DNA of 64,000 bases from an uncultured Candidatus Saccharibacteria bacterium (GCA_964479005.1 CAYZJA010000002.1:32001-96000), one strand, 5' to 3'. Shown: positions 9,727 to 19,969, counted from the stretch's first letter. Program-made: numbers and translations. Notes: generated by a model from the letters alone, not told the origin.

Positions 9727-10986
9727 TTATTTCCACAAGACAAAATAATAACTCTTCTTTCCTTTTTTTGCAACCAAATATTTATCAAAAAAACAATCAG
9801 GTTTTTTCATCATTCGTTGAATATCATCATAAAGGTTGCCATTAATAAATATTATTTTATTTTGAACATCCTCCCTTGCCTGCCTTTTAGATGAACAAAT
9901 TTTTGTTTCAACCAATAAATCCACTAAACTCATTCTGTTTATATCCCGTAAAATAGTCAAAGGGGCGCCTTCAAAAATCATTTGTAATTCTTCTTCAGAA
10001 AAATCTTTTATATCATCGTAAAATAATTTCTGGGATATTTTTTCTGCTATTGCCGCTACCTCATTACCATGAACTAAAGAAGTAACATTATTAGCCAAAG
10101 CTTTTTGGGCTCCTCTCTTTTCTGGATTTTTTTGAACCTCTTTTTCCAAATTCTCAATTTCTTGCTTAGATAAAAAAGTAAAAAATTTTAGATATTGAAT
10201 TACATCCCTGTCATCAGTATTTATCCAAAATTGATAAAACTGGTACGGAGTTGTTTTTTTAGCATCAAGCCAAATTGTTCCAGTTTCTGTCTTGCCAAAC
10301 TTCGCGCCATCAGCCTTTGTTGCTAAAGGAACAGTTAATCCAAATACTTCTTTTTCCAATTTTTTCTTAATTAAATCTATCCCGGCAGTTATATTACCCC
10401 ATTGATCACTTCCTCCAATTTGTAATTTACAATCATATTTTTCAAACAAATTTAAAAAATCATATGCCTGAAGCACCATATAATTAAATTCTGTAAAAGA
10501 AATCCCGCTTTCCAAACGCGCTTTTACCGATTCTTTTGCCAGCATATAAGAAACAGTAAAATATTTGCCAATGTCCCTAAGAAAATCTATTGCTTTAATT
10601 TGACCCAACCAATCATAATTATTAACAATCAAAGCAGAATTATCTTTGTTTTTAAAATCTAAAAATTGTTCTAATTGGGTTCTAAGCGCATTACTCCATT
10701 TTTCCACTATCTTCTGAGGATTAAGCGCTCTTTCGTCTTTTTTGTAACTAGGATCGCCAATTAAACCTGTTCCTCCCCCTACTAAAGCAATAGGCTGGTG
10801 TCCAGTCTCCTGAAAACGCTTTAATGTTAATATGGGCAAAAGATGTCCAATATGCAGACTATCAGCAGTAGGATCAAAACCACAATAAAGAGATATTTTC
10901 CCTTTGTTCATTTCTTTTCTCAATCCTTCTAACCCACTTGCCTGATTTATTAATCCTCTAAATTTTAAATCATCTAAAATATCCAT
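9727..10986 (-). CDS. tyrS: Tyrosine--tRNA ligase
   Basis: 419 aa. Has the HIGH motif (HIGHLLP) and a KFGKT (KMSKS-like) motif. A C-terminal S4-like domain is present. Confidence 0.9.
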   Translation of the reverse strand: MDILDDLKFRGLINQASGLEGLRKEMNKGKISLYCGFDPTADSLHIGHLLPILTLKRFQETGHQPIALVGGGTGLIGDPSYKKDERALNPQKIVEKWSNALRTQLEQFLDFKNKDNSALIVNNYDWLGQIKAIDFLRDIGKYFTVSYMLAKESVKARLESGISFTEFNYMVLQAYDFLNLFEKYDCKLQIGGSDQWGNITAGIDLIKKKLEKEVFGLTVPLATKADGAKFGKTETGTIWLDAKKTTPYQFYQFWINTDDRDVIQYLKFFTFLSKQEIENLEKEVQKNPEKRGAQKALANNVTSLVHGNEVAAIAEKISQKLFYDDIKDFSEEELQMIFEGAPLTILRDINRMSLVDLLVETKICSSKRQAREDVQNKIIFINGNLYDDIQRMMKKPDCFFDKYLVAKKGKKSYYFVLWK

Positions 10987-11116
10987 AAAAAAAATTGGTA
11001 TAGCTTTATAATACTATACCAAAATATAAAATTCAAATACAAAAACTTCTAAAATATCTACAAAAATTTATATGTTATAATAATAGAAATCCAAAAAGCT
11101 TAATCTCCAAGCAAAT

Positions 11117-11596
11117 ATGAAAAAGATTCTATTAAATACGGCATTAATTACTCTTCTCTTAATATTTTTGGCTCCTTCCTCTATTTTGGCTACTACTGTC
11201 AATGAATTCTTCACTAAAACAGGAGCAATAACTGAAATTCCTCCATCTTCAGGAAGTATTATTGACAAAGAAGGAAATGAGGTGCCAGCAGGGCGCTTTG
11301 TTCTTCAAGAATACGTACCTTGGTATCAAAGAATATTTGAAGAATTGTTGCAAATTCTAAGAATTTCAGAAAAACCAAAACACACATTCTCTATTTGGGC
11401 AGACGATGATTCTACTGATTTTCTAATTCAAGAAGCGGATAATAATTATAAAAAAGCTAGTTTTTCTGACTTAAAAATGAACGATAAAATAATTACTGAA
11501 GTAAGATATTGGACTACATATGGCACTGCTCCGCCACCTAAACATACAAATATACAGCATCACTACTCTGCTGAAAAAATAATAATAATAAAATAA
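11117..11596 (+). CDS. Secreted hypothetical protein
   Basis: 159 aa with an N-terminal signal peptide. No recognisable domain. Confidence 0.4.
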   Translation: MKKILLNTALITLLLIFLAPSSILATTVNEFFTKTGAITEIPPSSGSIIDKEGNEVPAGRFVLQEYVPWYQRIFEELLQILRISEKPKHTFSIWADDDSTDFLIQEADNNYKKASFSDLKMNDKIITEVRYWTTYGTAPPPKHTNIQHHYSAEKIIIIK

Positions 11597-11651
11597 CTTA
11601 TTTTCCCAAAGATATTTTTAATTCCCGATTAAAAACTTGAATAATCTTTAA

Positions 11652-14600
11652 TTATGGAATAGTAGTTGTGGTTACCTCTGGAACAATTGGCGGAATATTT
11701 ATAAAAATTATTTTAGGAATTTCTGATTTTAACCCTTCACTGTCTTGAGCTTTGATACCAAAAAACACATCAAGGGAAACACCAGGTAATCTTTTCTTTT
11801 CTATATAACGTAAATCATCGATAGATACTTGAAGTCGAAGTTTATTTTCTTGAGCATTCAAAGTTGGTTCCCCTAAAACATTTTGAGATTGAGAGTATCT
11901 CCATGATTGTCGTGTTAAATCGTTGTTCTCTGAACCATCTCCTTGTTTGGCAAAAACATAATGAATATCATATTTTAAAATATCTTTTGGATCTTCATCC
12001 GAAGCTGGCGTCCAAGAAAAAATTAAATTATTACAATCTTCATTATCGCATTCCACTTCAAAATTTTTGACATTAGTTGGTTGATGATAATAATTTGAGG
12101 AATAAAAATAAAATTTAGTATCATCATAAGCAATTAATTTCAAATAAGACCGAATATTTTTAGCATATCCATAATAACCAATTGTTATATATTGATCAGG
12201 AGTAAAATTTAAACCTTGACCATGAGTAGTCCCTATAACATCAACAACAAAATGATTATCGCTAGATAATTTGTCTATTCTATAGGATAGTTTTCTCGGA
12301 ACAGCAGAGCCAGCTGCCATTTTTTCATCAGCAGTGAAAATTATACTTCCTACTTTTTGAGTATCACCAACATAATTAGGATAAGATAATAATAATCCAG
12401 GAGTATTGCTATATAATTCCCAGTCATTTTTACCACCTAAATAACCTGTTGGAATGCCAAAATTTGCTGAAGGATCATCAAAATCTGAGTGGAGATAGAA
12501 CACCATCGCCGTAAAAATATTGCTCGTATGATTTGTTGAAGGAATAAAAGGATAAGAATTAATTCTAAAATCAATTACTATTTTGGGAGAATCTTTCTCA
12601 AAAGGATGCCAAGAAAATTCAGTAATATAAGGTATTGTCGGCGCTGCAGGAGTAGTGGTTGTTGGGATGAAACAATCATTAGAAGAAAAACTTTTGGGAC
12701 TGGGACAATTTTGAATTTCAAAATCATCGGCATTATTATCAGAGTCCAAAAAATTACCATCTATATACTTTCTTTGAATGCTTTGACTTGGTTCAGGATT
12801 TATCGCGCAATTAACCTCACAATCATTTGCTTCTCCATAACCAATTTTATCTACTATTTCTCTATTGGGATTCTTTAGAATAATAGTATTATTATTAGTA
12901 AGACTATAATTAGAGACTAAAACATCGGCTATCTCTGTATAAGTACTTGAAGAATGAGTAATCAATAAATATCCAAAGGAACTAATAACTTTTTCTGCTA
13001 ACAAATGAGCTGGTACTAAAGAAGAAAATTCTTGACTATTTTGGGTTTTCTTTTGAATATACCAATCAGTTAAATCTACATCATTATCATTGGGATTATA
13101 AAGTTCTATAAATTCATCTTTTGTAAGAGTTTTTGCCTCAGAGTCCAACCCAGCAATTTTTATCTCATTAATTAGAATTTTAGGAAAAACAATGGGGGGT
13201 AATGTTGTTGTTGTAGTAGTAGTAGTTGTTGTTGTAGTAGTAGTTTGCGAAGATGGAGTTGAACCCCCTCCGCCGCCTGAAGAAATAATCACAGGTTGAC
13301 TATTCTCCCTTTTGGGTGTGCCCAAAATACCATTTTGTTCTACACCACCATAGGTATGCCATGATAAATTATTGCCTCTTTCCATTGTCCGTTTTTGAGA
13401 ATTATTTCCTGCTGACCAATCCAAATCAGCTAAAACTTCATCTTGAAGCTGACAATTACTATCAAATAAACGAAGTCCTTCATCAGCATTATTAAGGACC
13501 CCTGCATAAATATGATCTGCAATCACAAAAGGAATAGAACTATCATCTGTTCTTTCCAAAAGATAAAAACCATGAGCAGCTATTTTACTGCCTTGCTCAA
13601 AAACAATTTTAATTTGTTCTTTTTTATCTATTAGCTGCCAATTAGAAATATCTATTTCATGTGAAGAAATATTTTTTAATTCTATCCACTCGTCATTGGC
13701 ACTATTTTGGGTTCCCATCCAAGCTAGTTCACTAATAATTATTTTATTTCTTAATGTGGCTTGGGTAGTATTAAAAGAACAAAAATTGGGGCTAAGAGTA
13801 GTTGTTGTGGTTAGTTTAGTTGTTGTAGTAGTTGGTTTGGTAGTGGTGACAGTGAGTTTGGTAGTTGTTGTAAATAACTTAGTAGTAGTCGTGGTTTGTT
13901 TAGTAATGGTTGGTGATTTGGTAGTAGAAGGTTGATATTTTATTGTGGTGGTTGTGGTAATTTGGGAAAGAGTAGTCGGAGAAAAAGATAAGCTGGTGTC
14001 TGAAGCATCTGGGGGACTATGTGGAATTTCTGTTTCTTCAATCAAAACATATTCGGGATTTCTTTGAAAAATATCATTAATAAAATCAGAAAGACCACTT
14101 ATCATAGCTGTCAACACATTTTTTTCATTCTTTGATATAAAATCAGGCTTAGATTTTGCCCTTGCAACTTCTTGAAAAAATAAATCAATAACTCCAGCAC
14201 CAGTTAAAACTACCCTTTTAGAAAGCCTTTCCCAGTACTCCTGAAGAACTTGATCATCTTCTAATGAAAAAATCGTGGGGCCGGAAGTTAATCGCCATCC
14301 TATATTATTTTTTAAAATAAGCGCTAAATGAAAAATATTATGGTTTTCGTCTTCTCCTAGTACATAGAAAATTAATTTTCCATTTATTAACTCAGGTACT
14401 TCAGAAAAAACAGGCTGCGGCAATTTATATTTTGAACCCGAAATCGTATCGGGACTATAAAAGTAATTATTAGAATAAAGAGCAATTTCATCAAAATATT
14501 CGTCAAGGTTAACCCTTCTAACAGGTTTCAGATTTTCGATACTCTTTCGTGTTTGTTCGTAAAAATCTTTATTATTTTTAGCTGTATAGGATTCATAAGG

Positions 14601-15164
14601 ACTGCCTGTATTTGGTATAAAAAATATATGGACATTCTGTCTTGTATGCTCTGGCACACTCATATCCTGAATCAAATGTAAAATATGGCCGAGGGCCTTA
14701 AAGGCTTCAACTCGATTTCCTTTTACATACTTATAAATAGCCTGTTGCCAAGTAAAATTAGTCTTGGAAAAAACTGGACTTTTAGCTATTGGACCAATAA
14801 GAACTGAATAAATAGGATCGTAGACAGCTTGAGCAAAAGGGTTCTGCCCCCACTCTTTAGCAGTTAAAACCGGAAAAAGATGTTCTACTCCCCCAAACTG
14901 CCAAGTTTTATTAAAAACTGGATCATAAAAATGATTTACGCTTCTAACACCATCATCCTCATCAATGCTGCCTTGCATTAAAAGTTGTTTTTCTGTTTCA
15001 TTCAAGGCATGATTTAAAAAGTGTTGATTATAAAAGTCAACAGTAATTTCTGTTAAATTTGGATGTGTAGTTTTAGCATCGTAAGCAAGAACAGAAAAAT
15101 TAGGTAAAAAGAATAAACATACAAATAAACATACAAATAAAAAACTGGTGGGGCTTTTTCTCAT
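11652..15164 (-). CDS. Giant secreted/surface protein: PLC/P1-nuclease-superfamily-like N-domain, Thr-rich linkers, two lamin-tail (LTD) domains
   Basis: 1170 aa with a signal peptide. HILHLIQDMSVPEH resembles the zinc-ligand motif HxxGDxxxPxH of S1/P1 nuclease and phospholipase C. Poly-Thr/TTTTK linkers are present. Two LTD-like segments are EWIELKN...ISNWQL and EFIELYNPNDNDVDLTDWYI. Confidence 0.6.
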   Translation of the reverse strand: MRKSPTSFLFVCLFVCLFFLPNFSVLAYDAKTTHPNLTEITVDFYNQHFLNHALNETEKQLLMQGSIDEDDGVRSVNHFYDPVFNKTWQFGGVEHLFPVLTAKEWGQNPFAQAVYDPIYSVLIGPIAKSPVFSKTNFTWQQAIYKYVKGNRVEAFKALGHILHLIQDMSVPEHTRQNVHIFFIPNTGSPYESYTAKNNKDFYEQTRKSIENLKPVRRVNLDEYFDEIALYSNNYFYSPDTISGSKYKLPQPVFSEVPELINGKLIFYVLGEDENHNIFHLALILKNNIGWRLTSGPTIFSLEDDQVLQEYWERLSKRVVLTGAGVIDLFFQEVARAKSKPDFISKNEKNVLTAMISGLSDFINDIFQRNPEYVLIEETEIPHSPPDASDTSLSFSPTTLSQITTTTTIKYQPSTTKSPTITKQTTTTTKLFTTTTKLTVTTTKPTTTTTKLTTTTTLSPNFCSFNTTQATLRNKIIISELAWMGTQNSANDEWIELKNISSHEIDISNWQLIDKKEQIKIVFEQGSKIAAHGFYLLERTDDSSIPFVIADHIYAGVLNNADEGLRLFDSNCQLQDEVLADLDWSAGNNSQKRTMERGNNLSWHTYGGVEQNGILGTPKRENSQPVIISSGGGGGSTPSSQTTTTTTTTTTTTTTLPPIVFPKILINEIKIAGLDSEAKTLTKDEFIELYNPNDNDVDLTDWYIQKKTQNSQEFSSLVPAHLLAEKVISSFGYLLITHSSSTYTEIADVLVSNYSLTNNNTIILKNPNREIVDKIGYGEANDCEVNCAINPEPSQSIQRKYIDGNFLDSDNNADDFEIQNCPSPKSFSSNDCFIPTTTTPAAPTIPYITEFSWHPFEKDSPKIVIDFRINSYPFIPSTNHTSNIFTAMVFYLHSDFDDPSANFGIPTGYLGGKNDWELYSNTPGLLLSYPNYVGDTQKVGSIIFTADEKMAAGSAVPRKLSYRIDKLSSDNHFVVDVIGTTHGQGLNFTPDQYITIGYYGYAKNIRSYLKLIAYDDTKFYFYSSNYYHQPTNVKNFEVECDNEDCNNLIFSWTPASDEDPKDILKYDIHYVFAKQGDGSENNDLTRQSWRYSQSQNVLGEPTLNAQENKLRLQVSIDDLRYIEKKRLPGVSLDVFFGIKAQDSEGLKSEIPKIIFINIPPIVPEVTTTTIP

Positions 15165-15212
15165 ATAAATACAGGGAACTTAAAGGTTTAAATAGTTTAA
15201 AGTTTAAAGCTA

Positions 15213-15758
15213 TTAAAATTCTATTATTTTCCAAATATTAGAAATTGGTTCCTTTTCTGCTGCAACAAGGTTCAATGGTATTTTTAAGACAGCCTGAGCA
15301 ATTAGATAATTCTCAGTATTATAGACACGAATAACATATGTGTTATTTTCTTTCATTTCCCCTTCCTGGTTATCAGGATTGAATAAGTCTTCAATCATTT
15401 CATTCCATTTATTATTATTTTTGATATCAGTAAAAAATTGCTTATATTCTTCCTGCTTATCTAAAATAAAATACTTACTCGCCAAACCAATGTCCTCCAT
15501 TTTTAAAGCCTGTAAAAACATTCCGTATGTTTCTTCTGGCGTTTCTCCACCATAAGTATCAGCTGCGTATTCTTCTACCTGTTCTTGAATTTTTCTAGCC
15601 AAAATCTCTGCATCTTTTTTATATTGTCGAGCTTGCCGTACTTCTGCGCTAAAATACCAAACTAACCAACTTGTAGTTAATCCTAAAATTAAAAAAATAA
15701 CAAAAATGGAAATATACCGTGATTTAAAAAATTTTATATTTTTTTTCCTATGTTTCAT
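15213..15758 (-). CDS. Membrane-anchored hypothetical protein
   Basis: 181 aa with a single N-terminal TM helix. Confidence 0.4.
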   Translation of the reverse strand: MKHRKKNIKFFKSRYISIFVIFLILGLTTSWLVWYFSAEVRQARQYKKDAEILARKIQEQVEEYAADTYGGETPEETYGMFLQALKMEDIGLASKYFILDKQEEYKQFFTDIKNNNKWNEMIEDLFNPDNQEGEMKENNTYVIRVYNTENYLIAQAVLKIPLNLVAAEKEPISNIWKIIEF

Positions 15759-15806
15759 TTTTTGTTTTTAAAATTTAAAGACCCTTTTACAGGGCCCTGA
15801 AAAGAA

Positions 15807-15872
15807 AAAACGGTGGGGCTAAAACTCTTCAGAACCCTGTAAAAAGATCCTTAGAACTATCCCCACCGTTTT
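15807..15872. repeat. Long hairpin (12-bp stem aaaacggtgggg/ccccaccgtttt, 42-nt loop) in intergenic region
   Basis: A perfect 12-bp inverted repeat read directly from the sequence. It is flanked by a GGGCCC palindrome at 15792-15797. Confidence 0.6.
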
Positions 15873-16183
15873 AATTTTATTTTCTACAATATATCCTACA
15901 AACAAAATCTTCTTCTGTCAAGATAAATTGTGGATAACTTGAAATAACTATATTATTTAGTTAACCGTTATTTTCTGACGTTAACATATTTTCATTTTCT
16001 TTTAAATATCGCATGTTAATTTCTATTTTTAATAATATTATTATACTTTTATAATATCACTTGCCTTTTCTATATACAAATCTAAGTAGTAAAATTCTGC
16101 TTGCAGATTGGGAGCCTGATTCCAATTACTACAATATTAAAATCTGTTTATAAAATCGATAAATGAAATTAGATTTTAAATAT

Positions 16184-16211
16184 AAAACCCCACTTTTTTA
16201 AATGGGGTTTT
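16184..16211 (-). terminator. Rho-independent terminator downstream of 16237..16590
   Basis: The stem aaaacccca/tggggtttt is followed by a T-run on the minus strand. Confidence 0.6.
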
Positions 16212-16236
16212 CTTCTAAGTTTATGGTTTAATAAAC

Positions 16237-16590
16237 TTAATCTATGGAGCTCCAAAATCCCTGCTCCATATTTTTAAAAGTCTCAATAAAACATTCAACT
16301 AATAAGGCTTTTGGAAAAAACTTCTTCGCTATCTTTCCTAAAATTTCCGCGTACTCATTTCTCACCCGAAGGGTTCGAGATGAATAGTCGAAAAGGCCTT
16401 TAACAAAAATAATAATTTCTTCTCCTAGGCCTTCTTTTAATCTATCTTCCGGAAAGAAAACTGAAACCTGATTAGGTCGCAGTCTTAAACTTGGGTTATC
16501 CTGACCTGCATTTTGGAGTTCTTTCAAAAATTCTTTAAGTTTATCTTTAGGATATCTATCTGGGGTCCCATTAACAAAAATTACCGGCAT
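16237..16590 (-). CDS. Hypothetical protein
   Basis: 117 aa with no recognised domain. Confidence 0.4.
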   Translation of the reverse strand: MPVIFVNGTPDRYPKDKLKEFLKELQNAGQDNPSLRLRPNQVSVFFPEDRLKEGLGEEIIIFVKGLFDYSSRTLRVRNEYAEILGKIAKKFFPKALLVECFIETFKNMEQGFWSSID

Positions 16591-16774
16591 TTTCTATAAC
16601 CTCCTTTTAAAAATCTTTTATTCTTTTTCTCTTTTATCTCTTTATAAACATTCTAAAGAAAAAAGATAAAATTCGTGTAATCCAATCGTCTTTCCGGGCG
16701 TACCTACAACGACTTCCCAAAACTCTGCTTATTCCTGCTGGCATCTTTTTCACTCCTTTCAAATTTTTTATTTT

Positions 16775-16978
16775 TTATCTTTTATCTTTCTTTACACCCT
16801 TATTGATAGACAACAATACTTCAATTAGCAATTCACATAAAATAATAAGTACTAATATGTCTGTCCATTTTTCCCATGCATCAGGAAAAAAACCAAAAAT
16901 ACTTAATGCTATGAATCCTATAGCTAAAATATGCAAAAAAGTAGCTATTGCTAAGAAAATCATATTTAATCTTTTCAT
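16775..16978 (-). CDS. Small membrane protein
   Basis: 67 aa with two predicted TM helices. Confidence 0.35.
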   Translation of the reverse strand: MKRLNMIFLAIATFLHILAIGFIALSIFGFFPDAWEKWTDILVLIILCELLIEVLLSINKGVKKDKR

Positions 16979-17185
16979 ATTTTTACCTCCTTTAATAAAA
17001 TTTTTTAATAATACACACCAGGAAACTAGCCACTAACAAAGATAATAACCAATTTCCTTGTGTGTATCAGAAGGTACTCTTTTCAAAGAACAAAAGATAT
17101 CCTATTACAGGATATCATAAATATAACATATTTTATGTTAAAGGTCAATATCTATCTCTAATTGTTTCGTAAGCTCGCAACAAAC

Positions 17186-17212
17186 AAAAATCGCCTTTTT
17201 GGCGATTTTCGT
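17186..17212 (-). terminator. Rho-independent terminator (palindromic, possibly bidirectional) downstream of rpsP
   Basis: The hairpin aaaatcgcc-ttttt-ggcgatttt is flanked by T/A runs. Confidence 0.6.
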
Positions 17213-17242
17213 CTTAATCATAAATAAAATAACTTAAAATAA

Positions 17243-17812
17243 TTATTTTTCTGTTTTTTCTTTTGGCGCTTCCTCTTTTTCCGCCTTCTTTTTTATGTCT
17301 TTTTTAGATTTCTCTTTTACTTCCTCTTTCTTCTCTTCGGTTTTAACTCCCTTTTTCTTTTCTTCCTTTTTTCCCTCAACCTTTGTTTCTTCAACAGGTT
17401 TTTCTTCTGCTTTTTCTTCAGGTTTCTTCTTGGGTTTCCCTTCAGTTGGTTTTTCTTCAATTGGCTTTTCTTCAGTTGCTGGCGCTTGCTCTGTTTTCTC
17501 AACAGACCCAGTTTCAGCTTCATCTTTTACTTTTTTCTCTTTCTTTTTCCTAATATTAATAGGCCTTTTCTTACCTTCAATAATTTTTGCTCGTACTAAA
17601 AGATTATAACAAGAATCTGAGGGCTGAGCCCCTTGGCTGATCCAATAAAGAATTCTTTCTTTTTTTAATTCAAATTTATTTATTCGCGGGTCCCACCATC
17701 CTAAAATTTCTTTTGATTTGCCGCTATTAATGGCAACTTTAGAATCAACGGCTATAATCCGAAAAATAAAATCCTTTTTTTTACCTTGTCTTTGAAATCG
17801 TAAAGTTAACAT
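17243..17812 (-). CDS. rpsP: 30S ribosomal protein S16 with ~100-aa K/E/P-rich C-terminal extension
   Basis: The N-terminal 85 aa match S16 (MLTLRFQRQGKKK..FRIIAVDS...GWWDP). The remainder is low-complexity KE-rich sequence. Confidence 0.85.
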   Translation of the reverse strand: MLTLRFQRQGKKKDFIFRIIAVDSKVAINSGKSKEILGWWDPRINKFELKKERILYWISQGAQPSDSCYNLLVRAKIIEGKKRPINIRKKKEKKVKDEAETGSVEKTEQAPATEEKPIEEKPTEGKPKKKPEEKAEEKPVEETKVEGKKEEKKKGVKTEEKKEEVKEKSKKDIKKKAEKEEAPKEKTEK

Positions 17813-17852
17813 AGTTTTAATATCCTAATTGAAAATGTTTAAAAAGTCAATT

Positions 17853-19964
17853 TTATATATCCAAATTTCTTACTTTCTGAGCATAAGCTTGAATGAATTT
17901 TTTTCTTGGTAAAACTTCTTTGCCCATTAAAATATCAAATAATCTGTCTGCTTCTTCCGCATCTTCAATAGTAACTTGCTTTAAAACCCTCTGATCAGGA
18001 TCCATTGTTGTATTCCATAATTGATCAGGATTCATTTCTCCTAATCCTTTATATCGTTGAATAGAAATTCCTTTCATTAATTCCTCGTGGCTACCCTCAG
18101 AAATCCCTTCTTTTTCTACAGCCAAAATAGCTTTGCCTTTACCTTCTTCAACTAATTTTAATTTTCGTACCTTAGATTTGGAAGGCTTCTCTTTTTTTTC
18201 TTTTACCTTACCCTGTAATTTCATTAATATCTTTAATGTCTGCAATTTCTCCTCTTTTTCTGATTCTGTATAAGCGTAATGTATTTCTTTTCCTTTTTGA
18301 ATACGATACAGAGGAGGTTGGGCAATATAAAGATAGCCAGCTTCAATAATTGGTCTAAAGTAACGGAAAAATAATGTTAAAAGCAAACTGCGGATATGAG
18401 CGCCGTCGACATCTGCGTCACTAGCGACAATTATTTTATGATAGCGTAATCTATTTATGTTAAAATCCTCGCTTATTGCTGTTCCTAAAGCCACTATTAA
18501 AGCTTTTATCTCTTCAGAAGTCATCATCTTATCAAAACGGCTTTTTTCTACATTCAAAATCTTACCTTTTAAAGGAAGAATCGCTTGCGTATTTCTATCC
18601 CTTCCCATTTTGCTCGAGCCTCCGGCAGAATCGCCCTCAACTATAAATAATTCTGATTCTTCTGCATTTTTTGAAATACAATCAGCTAATTTTCCAGGCA
18701 AAGTCATTCCTTCTAAAACCCCTTTTCTAAGAATATTCTCCCGAGCTTTTTTGGCAGCCTGCCGGGCTCGAGCGCTTAATAAAGATTTCTCAAGAATCCT
18801 TTTAGCGTCTTCCTTATTAGCTTCTAAAAACTCTTTAAAGTTTTCCCCCACAACTTTTTCTACAACAGTTCGCACTTCTGGGTTACCTAATTTTGCTTTT
18901 GTTTGCCCTTCAAATTGAGGTTCTCTTAATTTTACGCTAATCACTACCACTAATCCTTCACGGGTATCTTCACCAGCAAAACCTTTATCTCCATTTTTAA
19001 ATATTCCCTGCTCCTTAGTATAATCATTTAAGGTTCTTGTTAGTGCCGACCTAAAACCAGTCAAATGCATGCCTCCTTCCGGAGTATGAATATTATTAGC
19101 AAAAGCTTTTTCTGTGCTTTCAGAATCATCTGTATAAAGTAAGGCAACCTCAACTAAAATTCCTTCCTTCTCTTGCTTAACATAAAAAACATTATTAGTT
19201 AGGCAATGGGTATCTCTTGCCAAATATTGAACTAAAGTGATAATTCCGCTTTCAAAATAAAAAGTATAAGAGGGAATAAGAGCACCCTCCCTATTATCTT
19301 CAAATTTGATTGTAGTGCCTGGAGTAAGATATGCTTGTTGCCTTAGATGATCAAGAATTTTTTTTGTATCAAATCTAATTTCTTTAAAAATTTCTGGATC
19401 GGGTTCAAAAACAATTTTCGTCCCCGATTTTTCGCATTCCCCTATCTTTTTTATCTTTGCTTTAGTTTTACCCCGACTGTATTCCTGCATATACAAAAGA
19501 CCGTCCCTGCAAACTTCTGCTTGTAAATATTCTGAAAGGGCATTTACAACTGAAACTCCAACACCATGTAATCCACCAGCAACTTTATAAGAACTCCCTC
19601 CAAATTTTCCCCCAGCATGAAGAGTACACATTACTGTTTCTAATGCTGATTTTTTCGTCTTTTTATGGATATCCACAGGAATTCCTCTACCATCATCTGT
19701 TACAGCCACTTTATTTTCTTTTAATATCTGTATTTTAATATTCTTGGCATAACCACCCATTGCTTCATCAATAGAATTATCAACACATTCCCAAATTAAA
19801 TGGTGTAAACCCTCAGGACCAGTAGATCCAATATACATACCAGGTCTTTTTCGAACCGGGTCCAATCCTTCTAAAACATAAATGTCTTTGGCTGTATAAG
19901 AATTCTCCTCTATATTATTGAGGAAGTCTTTAACTTTTTTTGTTTTTTTTACAGATTTAATCAT
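17853..19964 (-). CDS. gyrB: DNA gyrase subunit B
   Basis: 703 aa. Has the GHKL ATPase domain, the Toprim domain (EGDSAGG) and C-terminal QRYKGLGEM. Confidence 0.9.
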   Translation of the reverse strand: MIKSVKKTKKVKDFLNNIEENSYTAKDIYVLEGLDPVRKRPGMYIGSTGPEGLHHLIWECVDNSIDEAMGGYAKNIKIQILKENKVAVTDDGRGIPVDIHKKTKKSALETVMCTLHAGGKFGGSSYKVAGGLHGVGVSVVNALSEYLQAEVCRDGLLYMQEYSRGKTKAKIKKIGECEKSGTKIVFEPDPEIFKEIRFDTKKILDHLRQQAYLTPGTTIKFEDNREGALIPSYTFYFESGIITLVQYLARDTHCLTNNVFYVKQEKEGILVEVALLYTDDSESTEKAFANNIHTPEGGMHLTGFRSALTRTLNDYTKEQGIFKNGDKGFAGEDTREGLVVVISVKLREPQFEGQTKAKLGNPEVRTVVEKVVGENFKEFLEANKEDAKRILEKSLLSARARQAAKKARENILRKGVLEGMTLPGKLADCISKNAEESELFIVEGDSAGGSSKMGRDRNTQAILPLKGKILNVEKSRFDKMMTSEEIKALIVALGTAISEDFNINRLRYHKIIVASDADVDGAHIRSLLLTLFFRYFRPIIEAGYLYIAQPPLYRIQKGKEIHYAYTESEKEEKLQTLKILMKLQGKVKEKKEKPSKSKVRKLKLVEEGKGKAILAVEKEGISEGSHEELMKGISIQRYKGLGEMNPDQLWNTTMDPDQRVLKQVTIEDAEEADRLFDILMGKEVLPRKKFIQAYAQKVRNLDI

Positions 19965-19969
19965 ATTAA

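Noticed and set aside
13190-13930. DNA-level tandem repeats inside 11652..15164
   Set aside because: They encode poly-Thr/TTTTK linkers (gttgttgt / agtagt units). They are a coding low-complexity feature rather than an independent repeat element.
13696-13935. 79-aa poly-Val/Leu ORF, plus other short antisense ORFs (12578-12878, 17295-17609, 18457-18918, 52068-52511, 57233-57529)
   Set aside because: These are antisense reading frames inside strong CDSs, and the repetitive Thr/Lys-rich coding DNA generates open frames on the opposite strand.
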